Origin: Lama glama
Lineage: Eukaryota
DNA: 64,000 bases
Direction of reading: 5' to 3'
Assembly (NCBI GenBank): GCA_028534125.1
Contig: CM052817.1
Coordinates: forward strand, 104,286,001 to 104,350,000
Part shown: positions 12,701-24,125 of the stretch, one piece after another
Layout of the letters: the number at the start of each line of letters is the position of its first letter
How positions within the stretch are numbered: the stretch's first letter is position 1
Made by a program: the position numbers and the translations under genes
Notes under the pieces: model-generated
Told to the model about the DNA's origin: nothing
Database searches by the model: none
Seen by the model: only the letters and a program-made list of their open reading frames with translations

Positions 12701-14433
12701 ATGCTGCAAAGGACGTGCTCAGGAAAAGATAAACACACTGACTTCATTAGAAGTAAGCTTAATTCACACATTTAACTCTGAATTTGTTGTACACTTTTGT
12801 GAACACTTACTTTATATATGTACATAAGTATATGCATTTATATTTTATATATGTAGTATATATATAAAATATATCCTCTAAGCAGTATATATATACATAT
12901 ATAATGCATATATGTGTGTGTGTGTATATATATGTATGTATATAATTGGCAAAACAGCCCTTATCTTCCCCATTTCAGAGACAGAAAAATTTAGTTTTTG
13001 AATAAATATTTTGCCTGAGGGGATTCACCAGCCTCTGAAACAGCTCAGTTTAGTGCATTTATATAGGAGTAGTAAATCTCTTCTAAGATTTTTATTTGCA
13101 CCTACTAAATGTCAAAGTGCAAATGCACTGTAGTTTTAAATGGTGTTTAAAATGAGCTTGGAGATGAGAAACATACTTGTCGGATCTACATTTGAAATAC
13201 CTGACTGGTTGATTATCCTCATGTTCTGATAATTAGCGATGACATTTCCAGAGGAAGGGATAAGGTTATTGAATAGACACTCTTGCGTTGGCTGAATTTG
13301 TTTTAACTGTTTAGCACAATTTCATCCAGTAAAATGTCTGTTCAACATACGAAGCAAGTCTCTTAGGTTAAAAGCCAAAAGCCACCTTTTAGTTGACGGT
13401 CTGTTAAATTATTTTTATATCACCACAGTAATTGTCAGCTGTAATGATTAGGCAGAATAATCCATGAATACAGCTTTGTGATTCCACCTTAGGAAACCAG
13501 CAACTCACATGCAGAAACAGCTGGTTTCTCTGTGTCTGATGCAGCCTACAGGAATAAAATTTAATTTAACGATCCAGTAATTCTTTAAAGATAAAAAAAT
13601 GAAATGGCTTTCCACACTGCAGTTACCAACTTGTCAACTTTCACAGACACCTTGTCACACCAACCAAATTTTATTACACATATTGCAATGAAACGACAAA
13701 CAAAAGTTGGTTGCCTTGTTTTCATGGGGCGATTAATTTCACCTACTGAAATTAGACAAAGCAGCACCCTTCGGTCAGCATAACATGCGTGATGTTGCTG
13801 CTGCCTCTCACTGTGCAAGAAGAAACTTAAAAGTTAATGCAGTTACACACACAGTGTTTTATCAAAGTCTGGAACCACATTATTCACGGTATTTTCTTGA
13901 ATGCCTTATGATTAGCTCTGCTGCCACTGGCTTGTATTAATTCTTTGACAGAGATCTACTTACACTTAGTGAAAGACATTGAAGAAAACTTTCCTTTACC
14001 CAGTCCTTATGCAGTGTAGGCTAATCTTTGCATTACTACAATACATCGATTTGGGGCACACAGTAAATGCAAAGCAGAGATTAAAAATAAGTCTGCTTCT
14101 TATAAAAAATATTTTAAATGTATTTAAAAAGTGACTTTATACCACCTTCTTACTTAAAAGGAACCAAGTGATGTTTTCTGATTGGATTAAAAGTGTCTTT
14201 CTCAAATTATCTACTTTTCTTTAAGAATAAAAATACTTGCCTTTCTACTCAAATGTTTATTTCACATTCAGGGTGGGGATTCACCACCCCAGCTTTCTTT
14301 CCTGAGATCCCAAAGAAGGATTATATAAAAATACAAAAAGGAATAAATCCGTAATAGCAAAAAGAGATTTCAACAAATTTCAAAAAAGGGGAAAGCAGAA
14401 TTTATTTCGTTTCTGTATCAGTTTTTTATAACT

Positions 14434-14571
14434 ATTTTTTGCAGGGCAGGGGGTGAGGTAATTAGGTTTATTTATTTATTCAGTTTTTTTTTAAAGTGGA
14501 GATACTGGGGATTGAACCCAGGACCTCATGCATGCTAAGCATGCACTCCACCACCAAACTACACCGTCCCC
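14434..14571 (-). mobile_element. Camelid tRNA-Ala-derived SINE (Vic-1-like)
   Basis: Antisense head tactggggattgaacccaggacctcatgcatgctaagcatgcactc, plus the gaggtaattaggtttatttattt tail module. Confidence 0.9.
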
Positions 14572-14579
14572 TCCCCATA

Positions 14580-16580
14580 TCAGCTTTGATAAGACATGTT
14601 TTTCTAGAAATATGGTCATTTCACCCACATGAGAGTAGATTCTCAAAGTTATTAATGTAAAATTGGTCATATTATTTTTTATTGTGTATAATGCCATCTT
14701 TTCCTTTCTGATATGGGTATTTGGGGCTAGTCTCTTTTTCTCATGATATCTCTTGCTAATTTTGACTAAATCAGTTGATTTGGATTGTTTCCACTTCTTG
14801 GCTATTTTAAACATATAAGCATATGAATATTACAAACATTCATATACAACTATTTATATGAACATATATTTTCATTTTCTTGGCTAGGTACTAGAATTGT
14901 TTGGTCATATGGTAATTCTATGTTTAACAATTTGAGGAACTGCCAAAATGTTTCTCATTGTGGCTGCATCATTTTAAATTCCCACCAGGAGCATATGAGG
15001 GTTTCAGTTACTCCAGATTCTCTCCAGCATTTGTTATTGTCTGTCTTTCTGGTTGTTAGCCATTCTGCTGCGTTTGATGTGATTATTATGATTTTGATTT
15101 TTAATTTGCTGAATGACTAATTGATGGTGAGCATCTTTTCATATGTTGAATAGCCACCTGTGTATCTTCTTTGGAGAAATGTCTGTTCAATTGTCTCTTT
15201 ATTACTGAATTGTTGGACTTCTTTCTATGTTCTAGACAAAAACTGCCTATTTTATATTTAAATATATATATATATATTTCCTTATGGATTGTCTTCCCAC
15301 TTTCTTGATGGTGTCCTTTGAAATCAAACTATCAATTTTCTCTTTTATTGCTTGTGCTGTTAGTGTTGTATCTGAGAAATCACTGCCTAACCAGATTGCA
15401 AAGATTTACTCCTGTGTCTTCTTCTAAGAGTTTTACAGTTTTAACTCTTGCATTTAGATCTGTGAGCTACTTTGAGTTAGTCTCTGTGCATGGTCTGAAG
15501 TAAGGATTCACAGTGATTCTTCTGAACGTGGGTATCCCTGCAATCGACTTGTTCTAGCCCCGTCTGCTGCTAACAACTAGAAAAAAAGAGATATAAAGAC
15601 TATTTTTCTCCTTAGTTAGCAGTCTTGGCCTTTGTATATTTGTTTTTAATTTAATTATTTTGTCCTTTTGATTTATTGTTTTCTTTCTTCTATTTACTTT
15701 GGTTTCAGTTTTGTCATTTATTTTCTAGTTTCTTCAGGTAGATATTTAGACGATTGAGTATCAACTTTCTTCTTTTCTGATATAGGCATTTTTAAGGCTA
15801 TAAATGTCCTTCTAAGTGCAGCTTTTCCTTTGTCACTTAAGTGATACAGGAAATACATTGTTTATTTCTCAGCTTTTAAACTTTGGAGGATTTTTCTGGT
15901 TATCATTTTATTATTGATTTCAGTCCTTTATCACTTGTTCAGATTGCTTTATGTCCCACCAAATGATAATTCTGCTACATATTCAAGGTCCACATTCTCT
16001 TGGAAAGAATGTGCATGTTGCAATTATCAGGTGCAATGTTTTGTGAAAATCAGTTAGCTCAAGTTAGTCAATAATGATTTTCAAAGACCCTATACCCTCA
16101 CTGATTGTCATTTTGTCTGCTTGTTCTAGCATTTCAAGGGTGGTGTGTTAATATTTTCCGCTATGATTATAAGTTTCTCTTTTTTAATTTTGCCAATTTT
16201 GCTTTATATAATAATTTAACTAGTTGTTTTATAAAATTTTAATTCTACCCTTCTTGTGTTCTGACCATTTTATCAGTATAAAATCTTCTTTAATCACAGT
16301 AATGATTGTTTCCTTAAGGTCTACTTTGATATTTATTTAGCTAAACTTTTTTTGTTAGTTTTTGTATGATGTGTCTTTTTTGCGCTATTGACACTTTTAT
16401 TTTCCTCTATTATTATATGTCAGTTGTGTCTATAGCTTTTAATAGCTGTACTTTTTTAGCCACATGGAAACATTTGCTTTTTAATTGAGTTTAATCTGGT
16501 GATTTTAATTTTGGTGTTTAAATCTGCTATTTTATTATTTTTGTGCGTGTGCCAACTGTTTCTTGTTCCTATTACTTTAA
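14580..16580 (-). mobile_element. Old L1M (L1ME-like) ORF2 remnant, interrupted by a less-old L1M segment
   Basis: T-rich degenerate antisense L1 (tttttctagaaatatggtcatttc; aaggctataaatgtccttctaag). Confidence 0.7.
14770..15540 (-). mobile_element. L1M (L1MA/MB-like) ORF2 3' region
   Basis: ggtcatatggtaattctatgtttaac...gaggaactgccaaa...gagcatcttttcatatg...tcttctttggagaaatgtctgttca. Confidence 0.85.
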
Positions 16581-17835
16581 TTTGAATGACACTGTGCCAC
16601 TTCCTACCTGTGTAATCATGGGCAAATTAAGGCTCAGCATGTTTTAATCATTTGATTAAGTCTAATAGCACTGGATCAAGAATTCAATCCTGCTAGCTCC
16701 CAATACTGCCTCTAATTGTGATTCATGGTATTTTCAGTTCTGAATCTGCCACTAAATAGTGGTGTGTTTTTAAGTTAGACACTCAGACCCCCTGTGATTG
16801 TAAGTACATGGTGTTTTAATGTCCTTTCCACCAGAAAAAATGCATTCTTATCTCTCCAAAGCAATCCTGTGGTATGTTCAGAGCAATTATTAAAACCCAC
16901 ATTCGGGTGGTTTGCTTCAACTTGCTTGCCTAAATTCAGCCTCCTTAATTTGTTCTCCAGTTACTCTGTGAGTTTTCCAAGGGGCTTATTGTCTCGAGCT
17001 CAGAAATAATTCTCTCATGTTCTTCCATCATAGCCCTCAGGTCAAGCAGCCTCTGAGTCCTTTGCTGTCAGTGGTCCACTTGGCATCACTCTTTGGGGAG
17101 AGAACACTTTCCTCTGCTGGTGATTTCTGTTTCTACTACTCTGTTAGCTTTGGCCAAAGGGACTCTTCTCATTCCTTGTCTCTGTCTATCTTATTCCAAA
17201 AGTGACACTTCTTTCTTCATAACAGAGAGACCGAGGTGCCTCCTCTAACAAGCCCTAAGTGCTGAGTGAAGCGTCAGTGTGCATCAGGTAATAAACTACG
17301 GCTATCCTCTAGGTATGGATCTGAAAATAGATCCCTAAAAAGCCAGCTCCTCCCAATTACATGAAAACTTGTCACTGCAGACATTCTGGAGAGCTTCATG
17401 CTAATTCCTGACACTGAAAAAGAAATAAATATTTCACTCAGTCTTGCCCAAGACCACCATATGTTGCCATCTCCAGCCTATTCCAAGGGGCTCTGTGCTA
17501 AGCCAAGTCAGTTCATTTTAATTTTTTCTCTCAAGAGACCCTTTATTATATTATTTTTCTCATCTTGAAGATGGGGAACTGAGATGAAGATATTTGAAGC
17601 AAATTTTTCCTTGTCACTAAGCCAGGTAATAAGAAAGAAAGAAAAAGAATCTTTCTCTAATTATATTATATTATAAACTCTTTATATTAAAGTACTTATC
17701 TATGCATTTGTAAAATACATGTGAAATCCTCAAGTTTGATATATATAGCCAAAATCCATAGATGAATTACACTACTCATGTGCCTGCTTGTCTAGAAAGA
17801 TTTCTGACTCTGGGATTTTAAAAACCCTGTATATG

Positions 17836-18609
17836 ATCGTGTGTGGTGCATAGTGGGTGCTCAATTAATGTCTTTTGATGGACTATTATGCAGCTATTGA
17901 AAATAAGGGTTATAAAAATGATGTAACCACTTAGGGAAAAATCTAATGATATGATGTTTTCAAAAGTCATGATATTGAAATAGAAAATATTCTTTATATG
18001 TAAAGTCTTCCACATATGAGTGATCTCATATGGTATTTTTCTTTCTCTTTCTGGCTTACTTCACTTAGAATGAAGATCTCCAGGTCTATCTATATTTCTG
18101 TAAATGGCATTATTTTATTCTTTTTTATTACTGAGTAGTATTCCATTGTGTATATATACCATATGATATCACTTATATGTGGAACCAAAGAAAAAAAAAG
18201 AAAGAAAGAAAAAAGAGGGCACTAATGAACTCATCTACAAAACAGAAGCAGACTCATAGATACAGTAAACAATTTTATGGTTGCCAGAGGGAAGGAGGTG
18301 GGAAGGGATAAATTTGGGAGTTTGAGATTTGCAAGAGTTAACCACTATATATAAAAACAGATAAAAAAACAAATTTCTTCTGTATAGCACAAGGAGCTAT
18401 ATTCAATATCTTGTAATAACCTTTAATGAAAAAAATGCACAAACAAATATATATATGTATATGCATGACTGGGACATTGTGCTGTACACCAGAAGTTGAC
18501 ACATTGTAACTGACTGTACTTCAATTAAAAAAATACATAAAGGCTAATGGAAGACATACAAAACTAAAAATAAATTTGTCAAAAAAGCAAACAAAAAATT
18601 AAAAAAAAA
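17836..18609 (+). mobile_element. Composite 5'-inverted L1 insertion with extra 5' and 3' sequence
   Basis: Flanked by the direct repeat ttaaaaaccctgtatatg (17818-17835 and 18610-18627). Antisense L1 at 18008-18161, then sense L1 3' end at 18156-18533. Confidence 0.85.
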
Positions 18610-20391
18610 TTAAAAACCCTGTATATGGTTTTACCTGTTCCAATACATTGATTATAAATGATTGTAAGAATGCTATCCTACTTATTATACTGGACTTTTT
18701 TTTTTACTATAAACATAATAATATAAGTATTTGTGTACATTTACAGTAATAGCTTGTGTCTGCCTATCCAGAATGCTGCCCTGATCTGAGTAGGTGCCTT
18801 GGAGGACAAGGTATAACCATGGAAGTTGGCTTAAGATCTAGTGTGTGAAAAAGAACTTTATTTTCTCTCAACACTTTATGGAAATCGAGCAAGCATAATA
18901 TATCATGTCTGTCCTATTTTAGTTATATATGTCAGAAAAACTATTTGAAAGTACAAAAGCAGTCTGTGTAATTTCTCTAATTAGCAGGGTTATTTGATAG
19001 GTTTTATCGGGTGACCAATTCCTGCTACTTATTCCCCTAAGGACAGAACTTTAAGGTACATGAAAGCAAGGTTGGTTTTTACATGCTTTTATTTCTGTGC
19101 CAAATATGAAATTAACTGAGGTGCTGATGTACAAGTACAGTTGTTTGTTCTGTTTTGTTCTTGATCAAGAACATATTGTCTCTTTCTCTTGGAAAATAAA
19201 GGAGTGAAGTGCAAAAAGGTGTTGCAACTTTAAAAAATATAACACATACAATGGCTTATGTTCATTGCCTTTTGCTTGTCAGAGTGGCTGAAAAGGGAGA
19301 CCGGGTTCCCACAGCTCACGTGTCGGTGGGGACTTGGTAACGAATCTGCAGTTGGCTGTGTGTTTCTAACCACTTGCAGAAAGTGTTGAGTGATTTTACT
19401 CAAGGGTGTCCACAATACACTGAAAACCACATTATTCCACGTAATTGTCCCCATTTCCATGGAAACCTCTGACTCACATCCACTTTATTCAGTTGTCTCT
19501 CTAAATAAAATAATACCCTCCAAACCATTATGCTTTCTCATACGGAAGTCGCCCAGACCACCTGGTCTAAGATAAAAAGAGTGAATAATATTTTGGGTCA
19601 AGCTTTAAACTGAGCTAGATGAAGGCAATTAAATCTAATTTTTCAAGTTTGGAGAGTTTTGTTACAAACCTTTCTAGGTTTTCCAACAGAGGTAAAATAA
19701 CAATCAGAAAAACAACTCAATTTCCACGTCCCTGTCGCATTAGCCCCTTTTACTGTCACGTCAGTTACAGGCATGATGGGGGACTGATATCCTTAATTCC
19801 ATTATGTGAGCAGGAGGGGCTTGAACATTAAAGGAATTATTCATGGTCGCCTAGCTCGTGAGGGACAAGACCAGCTCTGGAATCATGTTATCCTGACGTT
19901 CCACTTTGCTGAGTCCTAACTTGTTTGTTCCTATGAGTTTGATGTCTGTTCTTATCTTTATAAAAGGCATCCATCCCAAGGTTTCCATTGGTCCAAATTA
20001 GAAAGCACATCCTTTCCTGGTACCTCCAGTCCCTTACTCAGTGTCGTATTAAACCTACCCGCTACATCTTCCCAGTGTGTTCTCACTTCCATTCATGCCT
20101 TCATCCCGCCTGCCCTGTAATGGTTCACCAGTCTCCTGAGTTGTCTTTCTGCTTCCAGGTGTTATTGTTTCTAATCTGTTTTGAATTTTGCTTCCAAGTT
20201 GTCTTTCCAGAATGTAAGTAGAACCCAGTGCTCTGAAACCGTTAGCGGCTCAGCTCTGCCTGCCATGCAGACTCCGAGCTTGGTTGTGTGGCTTGGGAGG
20301 GAGGGCCTGCACCCTTAAGCTGTGCACTTATGATCACGAATTCCTTGAGTGGTTTAAGCTCTGCCACACCGAAGAGTTGCCACATACCCTG

Positions 20392-20438
20392 CAAAACAAA
20401 AACAAAAACAAAAACAAAAACAAAAACAAAAACAAAAA
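20392..20438. repeat. (CAAAAA)n hexanucleotide microsatellite
   Basis: Direct repeat. It explains the low-complexity NKNK, KTKT, FVFV and CFCF ORFs here. Confidence 0.95.
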
Positions 20439-22591
20439 CCCACAAGAATGCTGGCCGGGGGAAGCTCCCACCTGAAGAAGAGAAAGTACAGAGGGGTGAG
20501 GAGATGAATTTGGGGGCTGACAAATTCCTTTGGACCATTGCCTGTTGTAGGCCATTGTCTGCATGAGTAGCTTCCCTGCTTCCCTTTTCCCTGAAACCTT
20601 TGATTTGGCCATTTGGCTTTCTTTTGTCCTTTAATTCTGTCCATGATTTAGTAAATAGACTGACTTTGGACTGTAGACCTGGTTCAACTTCTTTGGGTGT
20701 TGTGCCTGGAAAATTCCCTTGGTTCTCAGAAGAGAAAATTCAGCTGAGCGGCATATGGTCCTCACTCCCTTTGTCAGTTGGGGTTCAGTACAGGAAACAG
20801 GAACTACTCTAGGAAATCAGTTAAGATGGGAATTAAGTTGTTGGAAGGGCTGAAGAATTTTTCAGCTGAGTTTCTTGAAAATAATCCCCCAGCGACCCTC
20901 TTGGTCCCCCAAGGAGAGCACTGTTGCTCCCAGACCATGCTCAAGCAAGAGCCCCATCTACGGGGTTACAGTGGCCTGTCAGCATCTGCGAAAGTCATAG
21001 CAGGTGCTACCCTGCTGCTACTGGGACACTTTTCACATCCAGGACGGAAAGCAGCAACTGCCTCGCAAGCACCAGGAAGAAGACCTCACGTCAGCGTTTC
21101 CAAATCTCAGGACAGCATGCAATTGACGGACATAATTCACATGGAGAACTCTAGCTGCAAGGGAATCTGGGAAAGCCACTGCTGGCTTTCCACACCTGAA
21201 AGGAGGGAGGGTTGGAGGCTGAGCGGGTCAGTCCAGGGTCCTCGGCATCTTCCAGCCCAGCTTCCATGCCGCTCATCTGTTGGCCCTAACATGCATTTCC
21301 TCTCCCCCACCCTGGCACTTTCTTTTTTCAAGCATAGACTTTCCTCCTTTAGCCCAGCTCGACCCACCTATGTAGTATGACGGTACTGGTACTGTATATA
21401 TATTCTTTCTTTAAAGCAGAAAAAAAGAAGAAGAAATATTCCTAGGAGATCCATGAAAACTCTTGAGTTGATCAGGCACTGTTAGATCTAGTCCGCATTT
21501 ATCTTCCAGACTAATAAAACAGATAAGAAACTGACGCTAAATAGAAAATGAATGCCATTCCCAGGATGCTCAAACGTTTCAAATTAAACTTTTGGAGGCT
21601 TTAATTGAATTGTTCACAATTCAGCCTGACCCACAGAATCCTGACGTTTCAACACTGCTCCAGGCTCTACACAGTATGTTTTAGAAACTCAGCCAAAACC
21701 TGGATTGACCAGATACAATCTATCTGCTGTTTGAAAAATGAGTTTCAGAAAATTAGGAAGTCAGGCAAGGCCAAGTTATTAACCTGTCTGCTGGAAAAGG
21801 TGAGAGGGTTATCTCCTGTGTGGTGAGATCTCCGGTGCAATTGTTTAGCTAATTAATTTACACACACGCATAGCTGTTCACGCTGCCCTCGGTACAGATC
21901 TGTAAGCAAAAACCTATATTCATAAAGTACATTTGCACCTACCGAAGTGGTGCTGGCAGAAACTGCATTTACAAACAGAAGTGTAGGTTTTTAATGCTGG
22001 TGTGTGGGGTCACTATCTAGCCCTGGAGAAGGGCAGTCTTCCTTCCTTCTGCCCTCACCTCTGGACTGGTGCCCACTTCCTAGAAGCCCAGGGATGGGGG
22101 GGCCACCGGGCAATGTGGCAAGGGCAACCTGGCAACTTCTGGATATTGAAGTGGGTGACTGAGATCGTCACGTGTGAAAATGTGTAAGTCAAAAGAGAGA
22201 GTCACAGGTATGCTAGTAACACATGAAGTCTAGAGTAGGTTTCAGGAGGTGAGATCCAAGCAGCTTGAATTGGGGGTTTTATATTAGCTAACTGAGGTCC
22301 TCTAGTCTTTCTCTGCCTCCATACTGCAGAGTAAGGGTGGAAAAACTGTTGTCGTGGTGTGGTCTTGTTTCACCAGCTGTTTGGGGCGTCCCTGAGTAAA
22401 TGAAGTTCTCAGGAAATCCACAGTGAATAGGTACTGAGGAAATGTGCATCCAATGGTCAGAAATCATGCTGAATAAAAATGTCTCTTTCTTTCAAATGCC
22501 CTTTCCTCTTGCCCTCTTGGGTGTGAAGGGCTTCCGATGGGGATTTTATCTGGAGACCCCCAGACTCGAGGATGGACTCAGCCCCTCATCT

Positions 22592-22610
22592 TGGCCGCCA
22601 GGGGGCTCCT
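22592..22610 (+). promoter_or_regulatory. Candidate CTCF binding motif
   Basis: TGGCCGCCAGGGGGCTCCT compared with the CTCF consensus TGGCCACCAGGGGGCGCTA. Confidence 0.5.
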
Positions 22611-23180
22611 GTCCCAACTATTTGCAACTCTTGCAGCTCTCCTGTGCCCTAGGCTCCTTCATCTGAAGAGAATGACGTTACCAGGATAACAGCCCAGTGC
22701 TTCTGCTCTTCAATCTAGTGTAAAAGTGGCTCTGTGTTCCCTGCCCAGAATCTCCAGACTGCCTTCTGCTTTGGTTTAACAGGAGATTCACCATGTGAAG
22801 TTATAAACGTTTCTGATGGATTTGTCTTCAAAACAAATCTGGAACCCAAGCACTTGTTTTTTGACCCATTTTCTCCTAATATATAACAAAGTTTCACATG
22901 GCCAGAATAGCCAGTGTTCAGGACTTGAGGGAGAAATTAAAATGGTGTTTTATCATCCATAGCGAGTTGTTTTACCACAGTGAGTAATTATTTTTTACCT
23001 TTTAAGTTGTTTTGAAAGCTTTGTGTGTATGTGCATATAAAACTGAATACATATTTTTTTTCTGTTTTTAATGCAGATACCTTGTATATCGTCCTGTCTT
23101 GACATCAGTTTTCCTTGCCTCACAAAAAGAACTTCAGGCACATCAATGAATGTGGTTTTTTTTTTAACCATAGTTTCTTC

Positions 23181-23409
23181 TTTTTTTAAATTGAAGTCTA
23201 GTCAGTTTACAATGCATCCCTGAAGCAATCTACAGATTTAATGCAGTCCCTATCAAATTACCCATGACAATTTTCAGAAGTATAACAAATAATCCTAAAA
23301 TTTATGTGGAATTGCAAAAGACCCAGAATTGCCAAAGCAACACTGAATAAAAGGAATGAAGTTGGAGGAACAACCCTCCCAGACTTCAGACAATACTACT
23401 GGGCTACAC
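23181..23409 (-). mobile_element. Short rearranged L1: antisense 3' tip joined to a sense ORF2 piece
   Basis: 23181-23214 is poly-T plus ttgaagtctagtcagtttacaatg. 23215-23409 is aaagcaatctacagatttaatgca-type ORF2 sequence, homologous to ~50710-50900. Confidence 0.85.
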
Positions 23410-23989
23410 CGTGACATAGCTCATTTTTAGCCTGAGATTAAAGGATACATCCTGTCCTATCTGCCTCTCAAAACTGGTATGACAAAGAGTATAATGTGGA
23501 TATTTTTAGTTTCCATTGGGAATGGCAGCAAAAAAGGACTTTTATTACTGATTCTCTTTTTCATTCTGAAAAATGAAAATATGTGTGTCTTCTCTATGCA
23601 AAGGGAATATGTGTATATAACCTTAGATTGTAGAAGATATTTTGTAGGCATGAATTCTGCAGAGTAAAGTGTGAGGAAACCATAAATGTTACCTAGTTTT
23701 TCCTTCTGGGATTGTGGGAGAGACCTCAACACTGTCATTTATCAGTGAGGTTTGCTAATATGCTTTCGTTTCTCTGTTGTGCCTCCTTTGTGCCTCTGCT
23801 GGGAACAGCTTCCTACACTTCCTGGCCACTCCCTGAATTTGAATTACCCATGGGGATACAGAGCTAAGCACAAATAGTGTATCTTCATGGCAACCTCTAT
23901 CTTTTCAAAGCCGGGCTGCCCCCATTATTTTGACAATACCGGTTGTTTGCTCATAGTATTTATTATGTTTTTTAATTATTTAATCAATG

Positions 23990-24125
23990 TATTATCTTCA
24001 TTTTGTCTGTTCCCCTATGAACTCTGTGAAGCAGGGTGCATGTTGATTTTGCTAAATATTGCACCTTAGTGCCTAATACAACCCATGTCTAGAATCTCGG
24101 TAAATATTTATTAAATGAATAAATA
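23990..24125 (+). mobile_element. L2 3' end
   Basis: atgaactctgtgaagcaggg...cttagtgcctaataca...gtaaatattttattaaatgaataaat. Confidence 0.7.

Noticed and set aside
13762..13780. REST/NRSE-like cagcacc...ggtcagc
   Set aside because: The spacer is 4 nt rather than the canonical 2, and the left flank does not match. The lone half-site ttcagcacc near 60255 is also insufficient.
20242..20644. Stack of overlapping ORFs with NK, KT, FV and CF dipeptide repeats
   Set aside because: Artefact of the stop-free (CAAAAA)n microsatellite.
20778..21380. Longest ORF (200 aa)
   Set aside because: Non-ATG start, no recognisable domain or exon structure, and overlapping ORFs on both strands in a locally GC-richer tract. 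Consistent with chance.
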